Source of the DNA: Thalia democratica
Taxonomy: Eukaryota
NCBI GenBank assembly: GCA_965202585.1
Contig: OZ241826.1
Coordinates: forward strand, 91,388,001 to 91,452,000
Length of the DNA: 64,000 nucleotides
Direction of reading: 5' to 3'
Shown here: positions 1 through 11,073 of the stretch, piece by piece
Layout of the letters: each line of letters starts with the position of its first letter
Position numbering within the stretch: the first letter of the stretch is position 1
Notes under the pieces: model-generated
The model's database searches: none
What the model was told of the DNA's origin: nothing
The model's input: only the letters and a program-made list of their open reading frames with translations
Translations under genes and position numbers: made by a program

Positions 1-210
1 AATTTAAACACTGTGAGTTTATTGAAAATAAATACGACTTACGCGCAAAATAAAAAAACAGAAACAGTTGTACAAATTTAGAAACATTCATTTTACTAAA
101 GTTTAAACTAAAGTTTTAAAAATGTTGTTGAAAACAAAAAAATATAAAATACGCAATCGTTTTGTGCAAATAAATGCCAGTTTATAGTATGATGATATAG
201 TTGCCAGTTG

Positions 211-216
211 TTTATT
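211..216 (-). terminator. Polyadenylation signal AATAAA (representative; present in all units)
   Basis: tttatt on + strand, about 30 nt after the TAA of the terminal exon; conserved in A, B, C and D. Confidence 0.6.
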
Positions 217-246
217 GAGAATAAAAGAAAATTGGGCTTCATGCAA

Positions 247-828
247 TTAGTTTAGTTGAAATTTTAAGAGTTTATGAAGTAAAATAACGATACGAGTTGC
301 ATGGAAGCTGAAAAAACAAAAAATACTGATTAAATTTAGAAAAATTCACTTTCTTTTCGTTTTGGTGTCGAACTGAATTTTCAGCATCTTCATGATCAGG
401 TTCCTGTTGCTCATCTTCTTCAGGTTTTTGCTCAGCTTCTTGTAAAACGTCAGCTCGCCGTTCCGAGACTCGTAGTAGCGGTTGAGCAGGGCGAGAACGG
501 ACAGGCCGAGCATGCACACAGTGAACACCACGCACACGATCATGCACGCGACGAAGAACACTTCGAAGTCCAAAAAGTCCGTTATCTTCGTCGCCTCCCT
601 ACTTTCAGTCATGACCATGTGTCTCAGCTGGTCGTCGAGCTTTTTCTTCGTGTGCTCGTCCTGGAGAGATATGTCGAAAAGTGTCGACCTCATCATTTGT
701 TTCAGCTGCGCCACTCCGCTGTAGTCCAAAGATGGCATGGAGGCGAGCAAGTGGGCGTAAAGGTTCTTGAAGGTCATCGCGGCCGTGCTGTCTTGCTTCA
801 TGTCCTTTTCCGGCGCCTTCGGCAGCAT
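247..828 (-). CDS. Copy 1 (A1): uncharacterised single-pass membrane protein, 179 aa spliced model join(350..828,247..307)
   Basis: Codons ending mostly in G/C (CTG CCG AAG GCG...); TM segment FEVFFVACMIVCVVFTVCMLGLSVLALL; intron 308-349; start ATG uncertain (828 or 801). Confidence 0.72.
308..349 (-). other. 42-nt spliceosomal intron (GTGAAT...TTTTTTCAG); same offset in every unit, 40 nt in copies 47 and 54, donor lost in A3 copies
   Basis: GT donor, poly-T + CAG acceptor; GT/AG kept in diverged copy 47 despite internal indels. Confidence 0.75.
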
Positions 829-887
829 CTGCGGCTTGATCTTGCGTTTACCAAAATCATTAAAAAATTGTGTCCGCAAATTTGCAT
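798..887 (-). other. Upstream overlapping ORF of family A (29 aa, MQICGHNFLMILVNARSSRRCCRRRRKRT); its TGA overlaps an in-frame ATG (ATGA)
   Basis: ATGs at 887 and 860 are out of frame with the main ORF; stop 800..798 overlaps ATG 801..799. Confidence 0.5.
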
Positions 888-957
888 AATTCTCTTCTTT
901 TCGAATAATTTCGCTCTCTCCTTCTTAATTTTGCACACAAATTCACACCTCCAACCG

Positions 958-977
958 AACTGACGCTTATATATACG
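958..977 (-). promoter_or_regulatory. Putative core promoter: TATATAAG (A1) or palindromic CGTATATATACG (other copies) next to TCAGTT
   Basis: Sequence match only; TCAGTT is too close to the TATA to be its canonical initiator. Confidence 0.4.
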
Positions 978-996
978 AGCTCCGGCATAGACACTT

Positions 997-1203
997 TGAT
1001 AAGAAGAGAAGAGGCGTTCAGCATTATCAATAAAAACACGGCCTCCCAACAGTGACGAAACGCATTGATTCTCATGTGTCTAAATATATTTGTATACAAA
1101 GGTAAAATCAACAGACAATAGCGACTTAGCGACTTGGCGTGCTTGGCCATAATAGCACATTAGATGTCTTATTGTAAGCTTATTTTTAAATTAGAACTGA
1201 TAA
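997..1203. promoter_or_regulatory. Upstream region with three TGATAA (GATA-type) motifs at 997, 1024 (reverse) and 1198, plus the GCGACTTR mini-repeat at 1121-1145
   Basis: Motifs read directly; a GATAA core persists at the 1198-equivalent site in B/C/D (AGATAA); function inferred. Confidence 0.33.
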
Positions 1204-1449
1204 AATTTAAACACTGTGAGTTTATTGAAAATAAATACGACTTACGCGCAAAATAAAAAAACAGAAACAGTTGTACAAATTTAGAAACATTCATTTTACT
1301 AAAGTTTAAACTAAAGTTTTAAAAATGTTGTTGAAAACAAAAAAATATAAAATACGCAATCGTTTTGTGCAAATAAATGCCAGTTTATAGTATGATGATA
1401 TAGTTGCCAGTTGTTTATTGAGAATAAAAGAAAATTGGGCTTCATGCAA

Positions 1450-2031
1450 TTAGTTTAGTTGAAATTTTAAGAGTTTATGAAGTAAAATAACGATACGAGT
1501 TGCATGGAAGCTGAAAAAACAAAAAATACTGATTAAATTTAGAAAAATTCACTTTCTTTTCGTTTTGGTGTCGAACTGAATTTTCAGCATCTTCATGATC
1601 AGGTTCCTGTTGCTCATCTTCTTCAGGTTTTTGCTCAGCTTCTTGTAAAACGTCAGCTCGCCGTTCCGAGACTCGTAGTAGCGGTTGAGCAGGGCGAGAA
1701 CGGACAGGCCGAGCATGCACACAGTGAACACCACGCACACGATCATGCACGCGACGAAGAACACTTCGAAGTCCAAAAAGTCCGTTATCTTCGTCGCCTC
1801 CCTACTTTCAGTCATGACCATGTGTCTCAGCTGGTCGTCGAGCTTTTTCTTCGTGTGCTCGTCCTGGAGAGATATGTCGAAAAGTGTCGACCTCATCATT
1901 TGTTTCAGCTGCGCCACTCCGCTGTAGTCCAAAGATGGCATGGAGGCGAGCAAGTGGGCGTAAAGGTTCTTGAAGGTCATCGCGGCCGTGCTGTCTTGCT
2001 TCATGTCCTTTTCCGGCGCCTTCGGCAGCAT
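1450..2031 (-). CDS. Copy 2 (A1), 179 aa spliced model
   Basis: Same as copy 1, offset 1203. Confidence 0.72.
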
Positions 2032-2652
2032 CTGCGGCTTGATCTTGCGTTTACCAAAATCATTAAAAAATTGTGTCCGCAAATTTGCATAATTCTCTTC
2101 TTTTCGAATAATTTCGCTCTCTCCTTCTTAATTTTGCACACAAATTCACACCTCCAACCGAACTGACGCTTATATATACGAGCTCCGGCATAGACACTTT
2201 GATAAGAAGAGAAGAGGCGTTCAGCATTATCAATAAAAACACGGCCTCCCAACAGTGACGAAACGCATTGATTCTCATGTGTCTAAATATATTTGTATAC
2301 AAAGGTAAAATCAACAGACAATAGCGACTTAGCGACTTGGCGTGCTTGGCCATAATAGCACATTAGATGTCTTATTGTAAGCTTATTTTTAAATTAGAAC
2401 TGATAAAATTTAAACACTGTGAGTTTATTGAAAATAAATACGACTTACGCGCAAAATAAAAAAACAGAAACAGTTGTACAAATTTAGAAACATTCATTTT
2501 ACTAAAGTTTAAACTAAAGTTTTAAAAATGTTGTTGAAAACAAAAAAATATAAAATACGCAATCGTTTTGTGCAAATAAATGCCAGTTTATAGTATGATG
2601 ATATAGTTGCGAATTGTTTATTGAGAATAAAAGAAAATTGGGCTTCATTCAG

Positions 2653-3234
2653 TTAGTTTAGTTGAAATTTTAAGAGTTTATGAAGTAAAATAACGATACG
2701 AGTTGCATGGAAGCTGAAAAAACAAAAAATACTGATTAAATTTAGAAAAATTCACTTTCTTTTCGTTTTGGTGTCGAACTGAATTTTCAGCATCTTCATG
2801 ATCAGGTTCCTGTTGCTCATCTTCTTCAGGTTTTTGCTCAGCTTCTTGTAAAACGTCAGCTCGCCGTTCCGAGACTCGTAGTAGCGGTTGAGCAGGGCGA
2901 GAACGGACAGGCCGAGCATGCACACAGTGAACACCACGCACACGATCATGCACGCGACGAAGAACACTTCGAAGTCCAAAAAGTCCGTTATCTTCGTCGC
3001 CTCCCTACTTTCAGTCATGACCATGTGTCTCAGCTGGTCGTCGAGCTTTTTCTTCGTGTGCTCGTCCTGGAGAGATATGTCGAAAAGTGTCGACCTCATC
3101 ATTTGTTTCAGCTGCGCCACTCCGCTGTAGTCCAAAGATGGCATGGAGGCGAGCAAGTGGGCGTAAAGGTTCTTGAAGGTCATCGCGGCCGTGCTGTCTT
3201 GCTTCATGTCCTTTTCCGGCGCCTTCGGCAGCAT
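2653..3234 (-). CDS. Copy 3 (A1), 179 aa spliced model
   Basis: Same protein as copy 1. Confidence 0.72.
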
Positions 3235-3855
3235 CTGCGGCTTGATCTTGCGTTTACCAAAATCATTAAAAAATTGTGTCCGCAAATTTGCATAATTCTC
3301 TTCTTTTCGAATAATTTCGCTCTCTCCTTCTTAATTTTGCACACAAATTCACACCTCCAACCGAACTGACGCTTATATATACGAGCTCCGGCATAGACAC
3401 TTTGATAAGAAGAGAAGAGGCGTTCAGCATTATCAATAAAAACACGGCCTCCCAACAGTGACGAAACGCATTGATTCTCATGTGTCTAAATATATTTGTA
3501 TACAAAGGTAAAATCAACAGACAATAGCGACTTAGCGACTTGGCGTGCTTGGCCATAATAGCACATTAGATGTCTTATTGTAAGCTTATTTTTAAATTAG
3601 AACTGATAAAATTTAAACACTGTGAGTTTATTGAAAATAAATACGACTTACGCGCAAAATAAAAAAACAGAAACAGTTGTACAAATTTAGAAACATTCAT
3701 TTTACTAAAGTTTAAACTAAAGTTTTAAAAATGTTGTTGAAAACAAAAAAATATAAAATACGCAATCGTTTTGTGCAAATAAATGCCAGTTTATAGTATG
3801 ATGATATAGTTGCCAGTTGTTTATTGAGAATAAAAGAAAATTGGGCTTCATGCAA

Positions 3856-4437
3856 TTAGTTTAGTTGAAATTTTAAGAGTTTATGAAGTAAAATAACGAT
3901 ACGAGTTGCATGGAAGCTGAAAAAACAAAAAATACTGATTAAATTTAGAAAAATTCACTTTCTTTTCGTTTTGGTGTCGAACTGAATTTTCAGCATCTTC
4001 ATGATCAGGTTCCTGTTGCTCATCTTCTTCAGGTTTTTGCTCAGCTTCTTGTAAAACGTCAGCTCGCCGTTCCGAGACTCGTAGTAGCGGTTGAGCAGGG
4101 CGAGAACGGACAGGCCGAGCATGCACACAGTGAACACCACGCACACGATCATGCACGCGACGAAGAACACTTCGAAGTCCAAAAAGTCCGTTATCTTCGT
4201 CGCCTCCCTACTTTCAGTCATGACCATGTGTCTCAGCTGGTCGTCGAGCTTTTTCTTCGTGTGCTCGTCCTGGAGAGATATGTCGAAAAGTGTCGACCTC
4301 ATCATTTGTTTCAGCTGCGCCACTCCGCTGTAGTCCAAAGATGGCATGGAGGCGAGCAAGTGGGCGTAAAGGTTCTTGAAGGTCATCGCGGCCGTGCTGT
4401 CTTGCTTCATGTCCTTTTCCGGCGCCTTCGGCAGCAT
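3856..4437 (-). CDS. Copy 4 (A1), 179 aa spliced model
   Basis: Same protein as copy 1. Confidence 0.72.
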
Positions 4438-5058
4438 CTGCGGCTTGATCTTGCGTTTACCAAAATCATTAAAAAATTGTGTCCGCAAATTTGCATAATT
4501 CTCTTCTTTTCGAATAATTTCGCTCTCTCCTTCTTAATTTTGCACACAAATTCACACCTCCAACCGAACTGACGCTTATATATACGAGCTCCGGCATAGA
4601 CACTTTGATAAGAAGAGAAGAGGCGTTCAGCATTATCAATAAAAACACGGCCTCCCAACAGTGACGAAACGCATTGATTCTCATGTGTCTAAATATATTT
4701 GTATACAAAGGTAAAATCAACAGACAATAGCGACTTAGCGACTTGGCGTGCTTGGCCATAATAGCACATTAGATGTCTTATTGTAAGCTTATTTTTAAAT
4801 TAGAACTGATAAAATTTAAACACTGTGAGTTTATTGAAAATAAATACGACTTACGCGCAAAATAAAAAAACAGAAACAGTTGTACAAATTTAGAAACATT
4901 CATTTTACTAAAGTTTAAACTAAAGTTTTAAAAATGTTGTTGAAAACAAAAAAATATAAAATACGCAATCGTTTTGTGCAAATAAATGCCAGTTTATAGT
5001 ATGATGATATAGTTGCGAATTGTTTATTGAGAATAAAAGAAAATTGGGCTTCATTCAG

Positions 5059-5640
5059 TTAGTTTAGTTGAAATTTTAAGAGTTTATGAAGTAAAATAAC
5101 GATACGAGTTGCATGGAAGCTGAAAAAACAAAAAATACTGATTAAATTTAGAAAAATTCACTTTCTTTTCGTTTTGGTGTCGAACTGAATTTTCAGCATC
5201 TTCATGATCAGGTTCCTGTTGCTCATCTTCTTCAGGTTTTTGCTCAGCTTCTTGTAAAACGTCAGCTCGCCGTTCCGAGACTCGTAGTAGCGGTTGAGCA
5301 GGGCGAGAACGGACAGGCCGAGCATGCACACAGTGAACACCACGCACACGATCATGCACGCGACGAAGAACACTTCGAAGTCCAAAAAGTCCGTTATCTT
5401 CGTCGCCTCCCTACTTTCAGTCATGACCATGTGTCTCAGCTGGTCGTCGAGCTTTTTCTTCGTGTGCTCGTCCTGGAGAGATATGTCGAAAAGTGTCGAC
5501 CTCATCATTTGTTTCAGCTGCGCCACTCCGCTGTAGTCCAAAGATGGCATGGAGGCGAGCAAGTGGGCGTAAAGGTTCTTGAAGGTCATCGCGGCCGTGC
5601 TGTCTTGCTTCATGTCCTTTTCCGGCGCCTTCGGCAGCAT
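5059..5640 (-). CDS. Copy 5 (A1), 179 aa spliced model
   Basis: Same protein as copy 1. Confidence 0.72.
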
Positions 5641-6261
5641 CTGCGGCTTGATCTTGCGTTTACCAAAATCATTAAAAAATTGTGTCCGCAAATTTGCATA
5701 ATTCTCTTCTTTTCGAATAATTTCGCTCTCTCCTTCTTAATTTTGCACACAAATTCACACCTCCAACCGAACTGACGCTTATATATACGAGCTCCGGCAT
5801 AGACACTTTGATAAGAAGAGAAGAGGCGTTCAGCATTATCAATAAAAACACGGCCTCCCAACAGTGACGAAACGCATTGATTCTCATGTGTCTAAATATA
5901 TTTGTATACAAAGGTAAAATCAACAGACAATAGCGACTTAGCGACTTGGCGTGCTTGGCCATAATAGCACATTAGATGTCTTATTGTAAGCTTATTTTTA
6001 AATTAGAACTGATAAAATTTAAACACTGTGAGTTTATTGAAAATAAATACGACTTACGCGCAAAATAAAAAAACAGAAACAGTTGTACAAATTTAGAAAC
6101 ATTCATTTTACTAAAGTTTAAACTAAAGTTTTAAAAATGTTGTTGAAAACAAAAAAATATAAAATACGCAATCGTTTTGTGCAAATAAATGCCAGTTTAT
6201 AGTATGATGATATAGTTGCGAATTGTTTATTGAGAATAAAAGAAAATTGGGCTTCATTCAG

Positions 6262-6843
6262 TTAGTTTAGTTGAAATTTTAAGAGTTTATGAAGTAAAAT
6301 AACGATACGAGTTGCATGGAAGCTGAAAAAACAAAAAATACTGATTAAATTTAGAAAAATTCACTTTCTTTTCGTTTTGGTGTCGAACTGAATTTTCAGC
6401 ATCTTCATGATCAGGTTCCTGTTGCTCATCTTCTTCAGGTTTTTGCTCAGCTTCTTGTAAAACGTCAGCTCGCCGTTCCGAGACTCGTAGTAGCGGTTGA
6501 GCAGGGCGAGAACGGACAGGCCGAGCATGCACACAGTGAACACCACGCACACGATCATGCACGCGACGAAGAACACTTCGAAGTCCAAAAAGTCCGTTAT
6601 CTTCGTCGCCTCCCTACTTTCAGTCATGACCATGTGTCTCAGCTGGTCGTCGAGCTTTTTCTTCGTGTGCTCGTCCTGGAGAGATATGTCGAAAAGTGTC
6701 GATCTCATCATTTGTTTCAGCTGCGCCACTCCGCTGTAGTCCAAAGATGGCATGGAGGCGAGCAAGTGGGCGTAAAGGTTCTTGAAGGTCATCGCGGCCG
6801 TGCTGTCTTGCTTCATGTCCTTTTCCGGCGCCTTCGGCAGCAT
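6262..6843 (-). CDS. Copy 6 (A1), 179 aa spliced model
   Basis: Same protein; one private synonymous SNP (AGG>AGA) near 6702. Confidence 0.72.
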
Positions 6844-7464
6844 CTGCGGCTTGATCTTGCGTTTACCAAAATCATTAAAAAATTGTGTCCGCAAATTTGC
6901 ATAATTCTCTTCTTTTCGAATAATTTCGCTCTCTCCTTCTTAATTTTGCACACAAATTCACACCTCCAACCGAACTGACGCTTATATATACGAGCTCCGG
7001 CATAGACACTTTGATAAGAAGAGAAGAGGCGTTCAGCATTATCAATAAAAACACGGCCTCCCAACAGTGACGAAACGCATTGATTCTCATGTGTCTAAAT
7101 ATATTTGTATACAAAGGTAAAATCAACAGACAATAGCGACTTAGCGACTTGGCGTGCTTGGCCATAATAGCACATTAGATGTCTTATTGTAAGCTTATTT
7201 TTAAATTAGAACTGATAAAATTTAAACACTGTGAGTTTATTGAAAATAAATACGACTTACGCGCAAAATAAAAAAACAGAAACAGTTGTACAAATTTAGA
7301 AACATTCATTTTACTAAAGTTTAAACTAAAGTTTTAAAAATGTTGTTGAAAACAAAAAAATATAAAATACGCAATCGTTTTGTGCAAATAAATGCCAGTT
7401 TATAGTATGATGATATAGTTGCGAATTGTTTATTGAGAATAAAAGAAAATTGGGCTTCATTCAG

Positions 7465-8046
7465 TTAGTTTAGTTGAAATTTTAAGAGTTTATGAAGTAA
7501 AATAACGATACGAGTTGCATGGAAGCTGAAAAAACAAAAAATACTGATTAAATTTAGAAAAATTCACTTTCTTTTCGTTTTGGTGTCGAACTGAATTTTC
7601 AGCATCTTCATGATCAGGTTCCTGTTGCTCATCTTCTTCAGGTTTTTGCTCAGCTTCTTGTAAAACGTCAGCTCGCCGTTCCGAGACTCGTAGTAGCGGT
7701 TGAGCAGGGCGAGAACGGACAGGCCGAGCATGCACACAGTGAACACCACGCACACGATCATGCACGCGACGAAGAACACTTCGAAGTCCAAAAAGTCCGT
7801 TATCTTCGTCGCCTCCCTACTTTCAGTCATGACCATGTGTCTCAGCTGGTCGTCGAGCTTTTTCTTCGTGTGCTCGTCCTGGAGAGATATGTCGAAAAGT
7901 GTCGACCTCATCATTTGTTTCAGCTGCGCCACTCCGCTGTAGTCCAAAGATGGCATGGAGGCGAGCAAGTGGGCGTAAAGGTTCTTGAAGGTCATCGCGG
8001 CCGTGCTGTCTTGCTTCATGTCCTTTTCCGGCGCCTTCGGCAGCAT
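7465..8046 (-). CDS. Copy 7 (A1), 179 aa spliced model
   Basis: Same protein as copy 1. Confidence 0.72.
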
Positions 8047-8667
8047 CTGCGGCTTGATCTTGCGTTTACCAAAATCATTAAAAAATTGTGTCCGCAAATT
8101 TGCATAATTCTCTTCTTTTCGAATAATTTCGCTCTCTCCTTCTTAATTTTGCACACAAATTCACACCTCCAACCGAACTGACGCTTATATATACGAGCTC
8201 CGGCATAGACACTTTGATAAGAAGAGAAGAGGCGTTCAGCATTATCAATAAAAACACGGCCTCCCAACAGTGACGAAACGCATTGATTCTCATGTGTCTA
8301 AATATATTTGTATACAAAGGTAAAATCAACAGACAATAGCGACTTAGCGACTTGGCGTGCTTGGCCATAATAGCACATTAGATGTCTTATTGTAAGCTTA
8401 TTTTTAAATTAGAACTGATAAAATTTAAACACTGTGAGTTTATTGAAAATAAATACGACTTACGCGCAAAATAAAAAAACAGAAACAGTTGTACAAATTT
8501 AGAAACATTCATTTTACTAAAGTTTAAACTAAAGTTTTAAAAATGTTGTTGAAAACAAAAAAATATAAAATACGCAATCGTTTTGTGCAAATAAATGCCA
8601 GTTTATAGTATGATGATATAGTTGCCAGTTGTTTATTGAGAATAAAAGAAAATTGGGCTTCATGCAA

Positions 8668-9249
8668 TTAGTTTAGTTGAAATTTTAAGAGTTTATGAAG
8701 TAAAATAACGATACGAGTTGCATGGAAGCTGAAAAAACAAAAAATACTGATTAAATTTAGAAAAATTCACTTTCTTTTCGTTTTGGTGTCGAACTGAATT
8801 TTCAGCATCTTCATGATCAGGTTCCTGTTGCTCATCTTCTTCAGGTTTTTGCTCAGCTTCTTGTAAAACGTCAGCTCGCCGTTCCGAGACTCGTAGTAGC
8901 GGTTGAGCAGGGCGAGAACGGACAGGCCGAGCATGCACACAGTGAACACCACGCACACGATCATGCACGCGACGAAGAACACTTCGAAGTCCAAAAAGTC
9001 CGTTATCTTCGTCGCCTCCCTACTTTCAGTCATGACCATGTGTCTCAGCTGGTCGTCGAGCTTTTTCTTCGTGTGCTCGTCCTGGAGAGATATGTCGAAA
9101 AGTGTCGACCTCATCATTTGTTTCAGCTGCGCCACTCCGCTGTAGTCCAAAGATGGCATGGAGGCGAGCAAGTGGGCGTAAAGGTTCTTGAAGGTCATCG
9201 CGGCCGTGCTGTCTTGCTTCATGTCCTTTTCCGGCGCCTTCGGCAGCAT
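8668..9249 (-). CDS. Copy 8 (A1), 179 aa spliced model
   Basis: Same protein as copy 1. Confidence 0.72.
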
Positions 9250-9870
9250 CTGCGGCTTGATCTTGCGTTTACCAAAATCATTAAAAAATTGTGTCCGCAA
9301 ATTTGCATAATTCTCTTCTTTTCGAATAATTTCGCTCTCTCCTTCTTAATTTTGCACACAAATTCACACCTCCAACCGAACTGACGCTTATATATACGAG
9401 CTCCGGCATAGACACTTTGATAAGAAGAGAAGAGGCGTTCAGCATTATCAATAAAAACACGGCCTCCCAACAGTGACGAAACGCATTGATTCTCATGTGT
9501 CTAAATATATTTGTATACAAAGGTAAAATCAACAGACAATAGCGACTTAGCGACTTGGCGTGCTTGGCCATAATAGCACATTAGATGTCTTATTGTAAGC
9601 TTATTTTTAAATTAGAACTGATAAAATTTAAACACTGTGAGTTTATTGAAAATAAATACGACTTACGCGCAAAATAAAAAAACAGAAACAGTTGTACAAA
9701 TTTAGAAACATTCATTTTACTAAAGTTTAAACTAAAGTTTTAAAAATGTTGTTGAAAACAAAAAAATATAAAATACGCAATCGTTTTGTGCAAATAAATG
9801 CCAGTTTATAGTATGATGATATAGTTGCCAGTTGTTTATTGAGAATAAAAGAAAATTGGGCTTCATGCAA

Positions 9871-10452
9871 TTAGTTTAGTTGAAATTTTAAGAGTTTATG
9901 AAGTAAAATAACGATACGAGTTGCATGGAAGCTGAAAAAACAAAAAATACTGATTAAATTTAGAAAAATTCACTTTCTTTTCGTTTTGGTGTCGAACTGA
10001 ATTTTCAGCATCTTCATGATCAGGTTCCTGTTGCTCATCTTCTTCAGGTTTTTGCTCAGCTTCTTGTAAAACGTCAGCTCGCCGTTCCGAGACTCGTAGT
10101 AGCGGTTGAGCAGGGCGAGAACGGACAGGCCGAGCATGCACACAGTGAACACCACGCACACGATCATGCACGCGACGAAGAACACTTCGAAGTCCAAAAA
10201 GTCCGTTATCTTCGTCGCCTCCCTACTTTCAGTCATGACCATGTGTCTCAGCTGGTCGTCGAGCTTTTTCTTCGTGTGCTCGTCCTGGAGAGATATGTCG
10301 AAAAGTGTCGACCTCATCATTTGTTTCAGCTGCGCCACTCCGCTGTAGTCCAAAGATGGCATGGAGGCGAGCAAGTGGGCGTAAAGGTTCTTGAAGGTCA
10401 TCGCGGCCGTGCTGTCTTGCTTCATGTCCTTTTCCGGCGCCTTCGGCAGCAT
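9871..10452 (-). CDS. Copy 9 (A1), 179 aa spliced model
   Basis: Same protein as copy 1. Confidence 0.72.
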
Positions 10453-11073
10453 CTGCGGCTTGATCTTGCGTTTACCAAAATCATTAAAAAATTGTGTCCG
10501 CAAATTTGCATAATTCTCTTCTTTTCGAATAATTTCGCTCTCTCCTTCTTAATTTTGCACACAAATTCACACCTCCAACCGAACTGACGCTTATATATAC
10601 GAGCTCCGGCATAGACACTTTGATAAGAAGAGAAGAGGCGTTCAGCATTATCAATAAAAACACGGCCTCCCAACAGTGACGAAACGCATTGATTCTCATG
10701 TGTCTAAATATATTTGTATACAAAGGTAAAATCAACAGACAATAGCGACTTAGCGACTTGGCGTGCTTGGCCATAATAGCACATTAGATGTCTTATTGTA
10801 AGCTTATTTTTAAATTAGAACTGATAAAATTTAAACACTGTGAGTTTATTGAAAATAAATACGACTTACGCGCAAAATAAAAAAACAGAAACAGTTGTAC
10901 AAATTTAGAAACATTCATTTTACTAAAGTTTAAACTAAAGTTTTAAAAATGTTGTTGAAAACAAAAAAATATAAAATACGCAATCGTTTTGTGCAAATAA
11001 ATGCCAGTTTATAGTATGATGATATAGTTGCCAGTTGTTTATTGAGAATAAAAGAAAATTGGGCTTCATGCAA

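Noticed and set aside
174-179. ATGCCA (DOG-box-like) and STATAWAARS-like effector promoter motifs
   Set aside because: Single hexamer per unit and an imperfect match respectively; host lineage unknown
798-845. Protamine-like ARSSRRCCRRRRKR peptide
   Set aside because: Arg richness is the expected result of reading CCG/GCG/AAG codons in a shifted frame; no independent support
829-851. Possible 23-nt intron GTAAAC...CCGCAG that would join MQICGHNFLMIL to MLPKA in frame (signal-peptide-like)
   Set aside because: Much shorter than the 40-42 nt intron seen, no pyrimidine tract, and the AG is lost in C/D; would need junction reads
829-879. The 17-aa leader MRTQFFNDFGKRKIKPQ, and the longer MQKLRR/MEAVFL leaders in B/C/D track ORFs
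   Set aside because: The A leader starts at TTG, an artefact of a prokaryotic start table, and 1-2 nt indels between copies break all these leaders. The A frame is open back to about 924 without an ATG, so an unseen upstream exon cannot be fully excluded
272-963. Recurring 91-aa (-), 80-aa (+) and 114-aa (+) ORFs and their B-family equivalents
   Set aside because: Alternative-frame or antisense shadows of a CDS with G/C-rich third positions; synonymous changes track the main frame and these ORFs appear and vanish between copies
860-1150. 83-aa, 96/102-aa and 72-78-aa minus-strand ORFs over the upstream region
   Set aside because: AT-rich, no codon bias, length changes with 8-9 bp repeat indels and single-base indels
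1137-1187. 5S rRNA-like ending (GTACTTGG ... TTGTAAGCTTTTT)
   Set aside because: Only a few scattered bases match; no 120-nt 5S body, box A or spliced-leader RNA sequence recognisable
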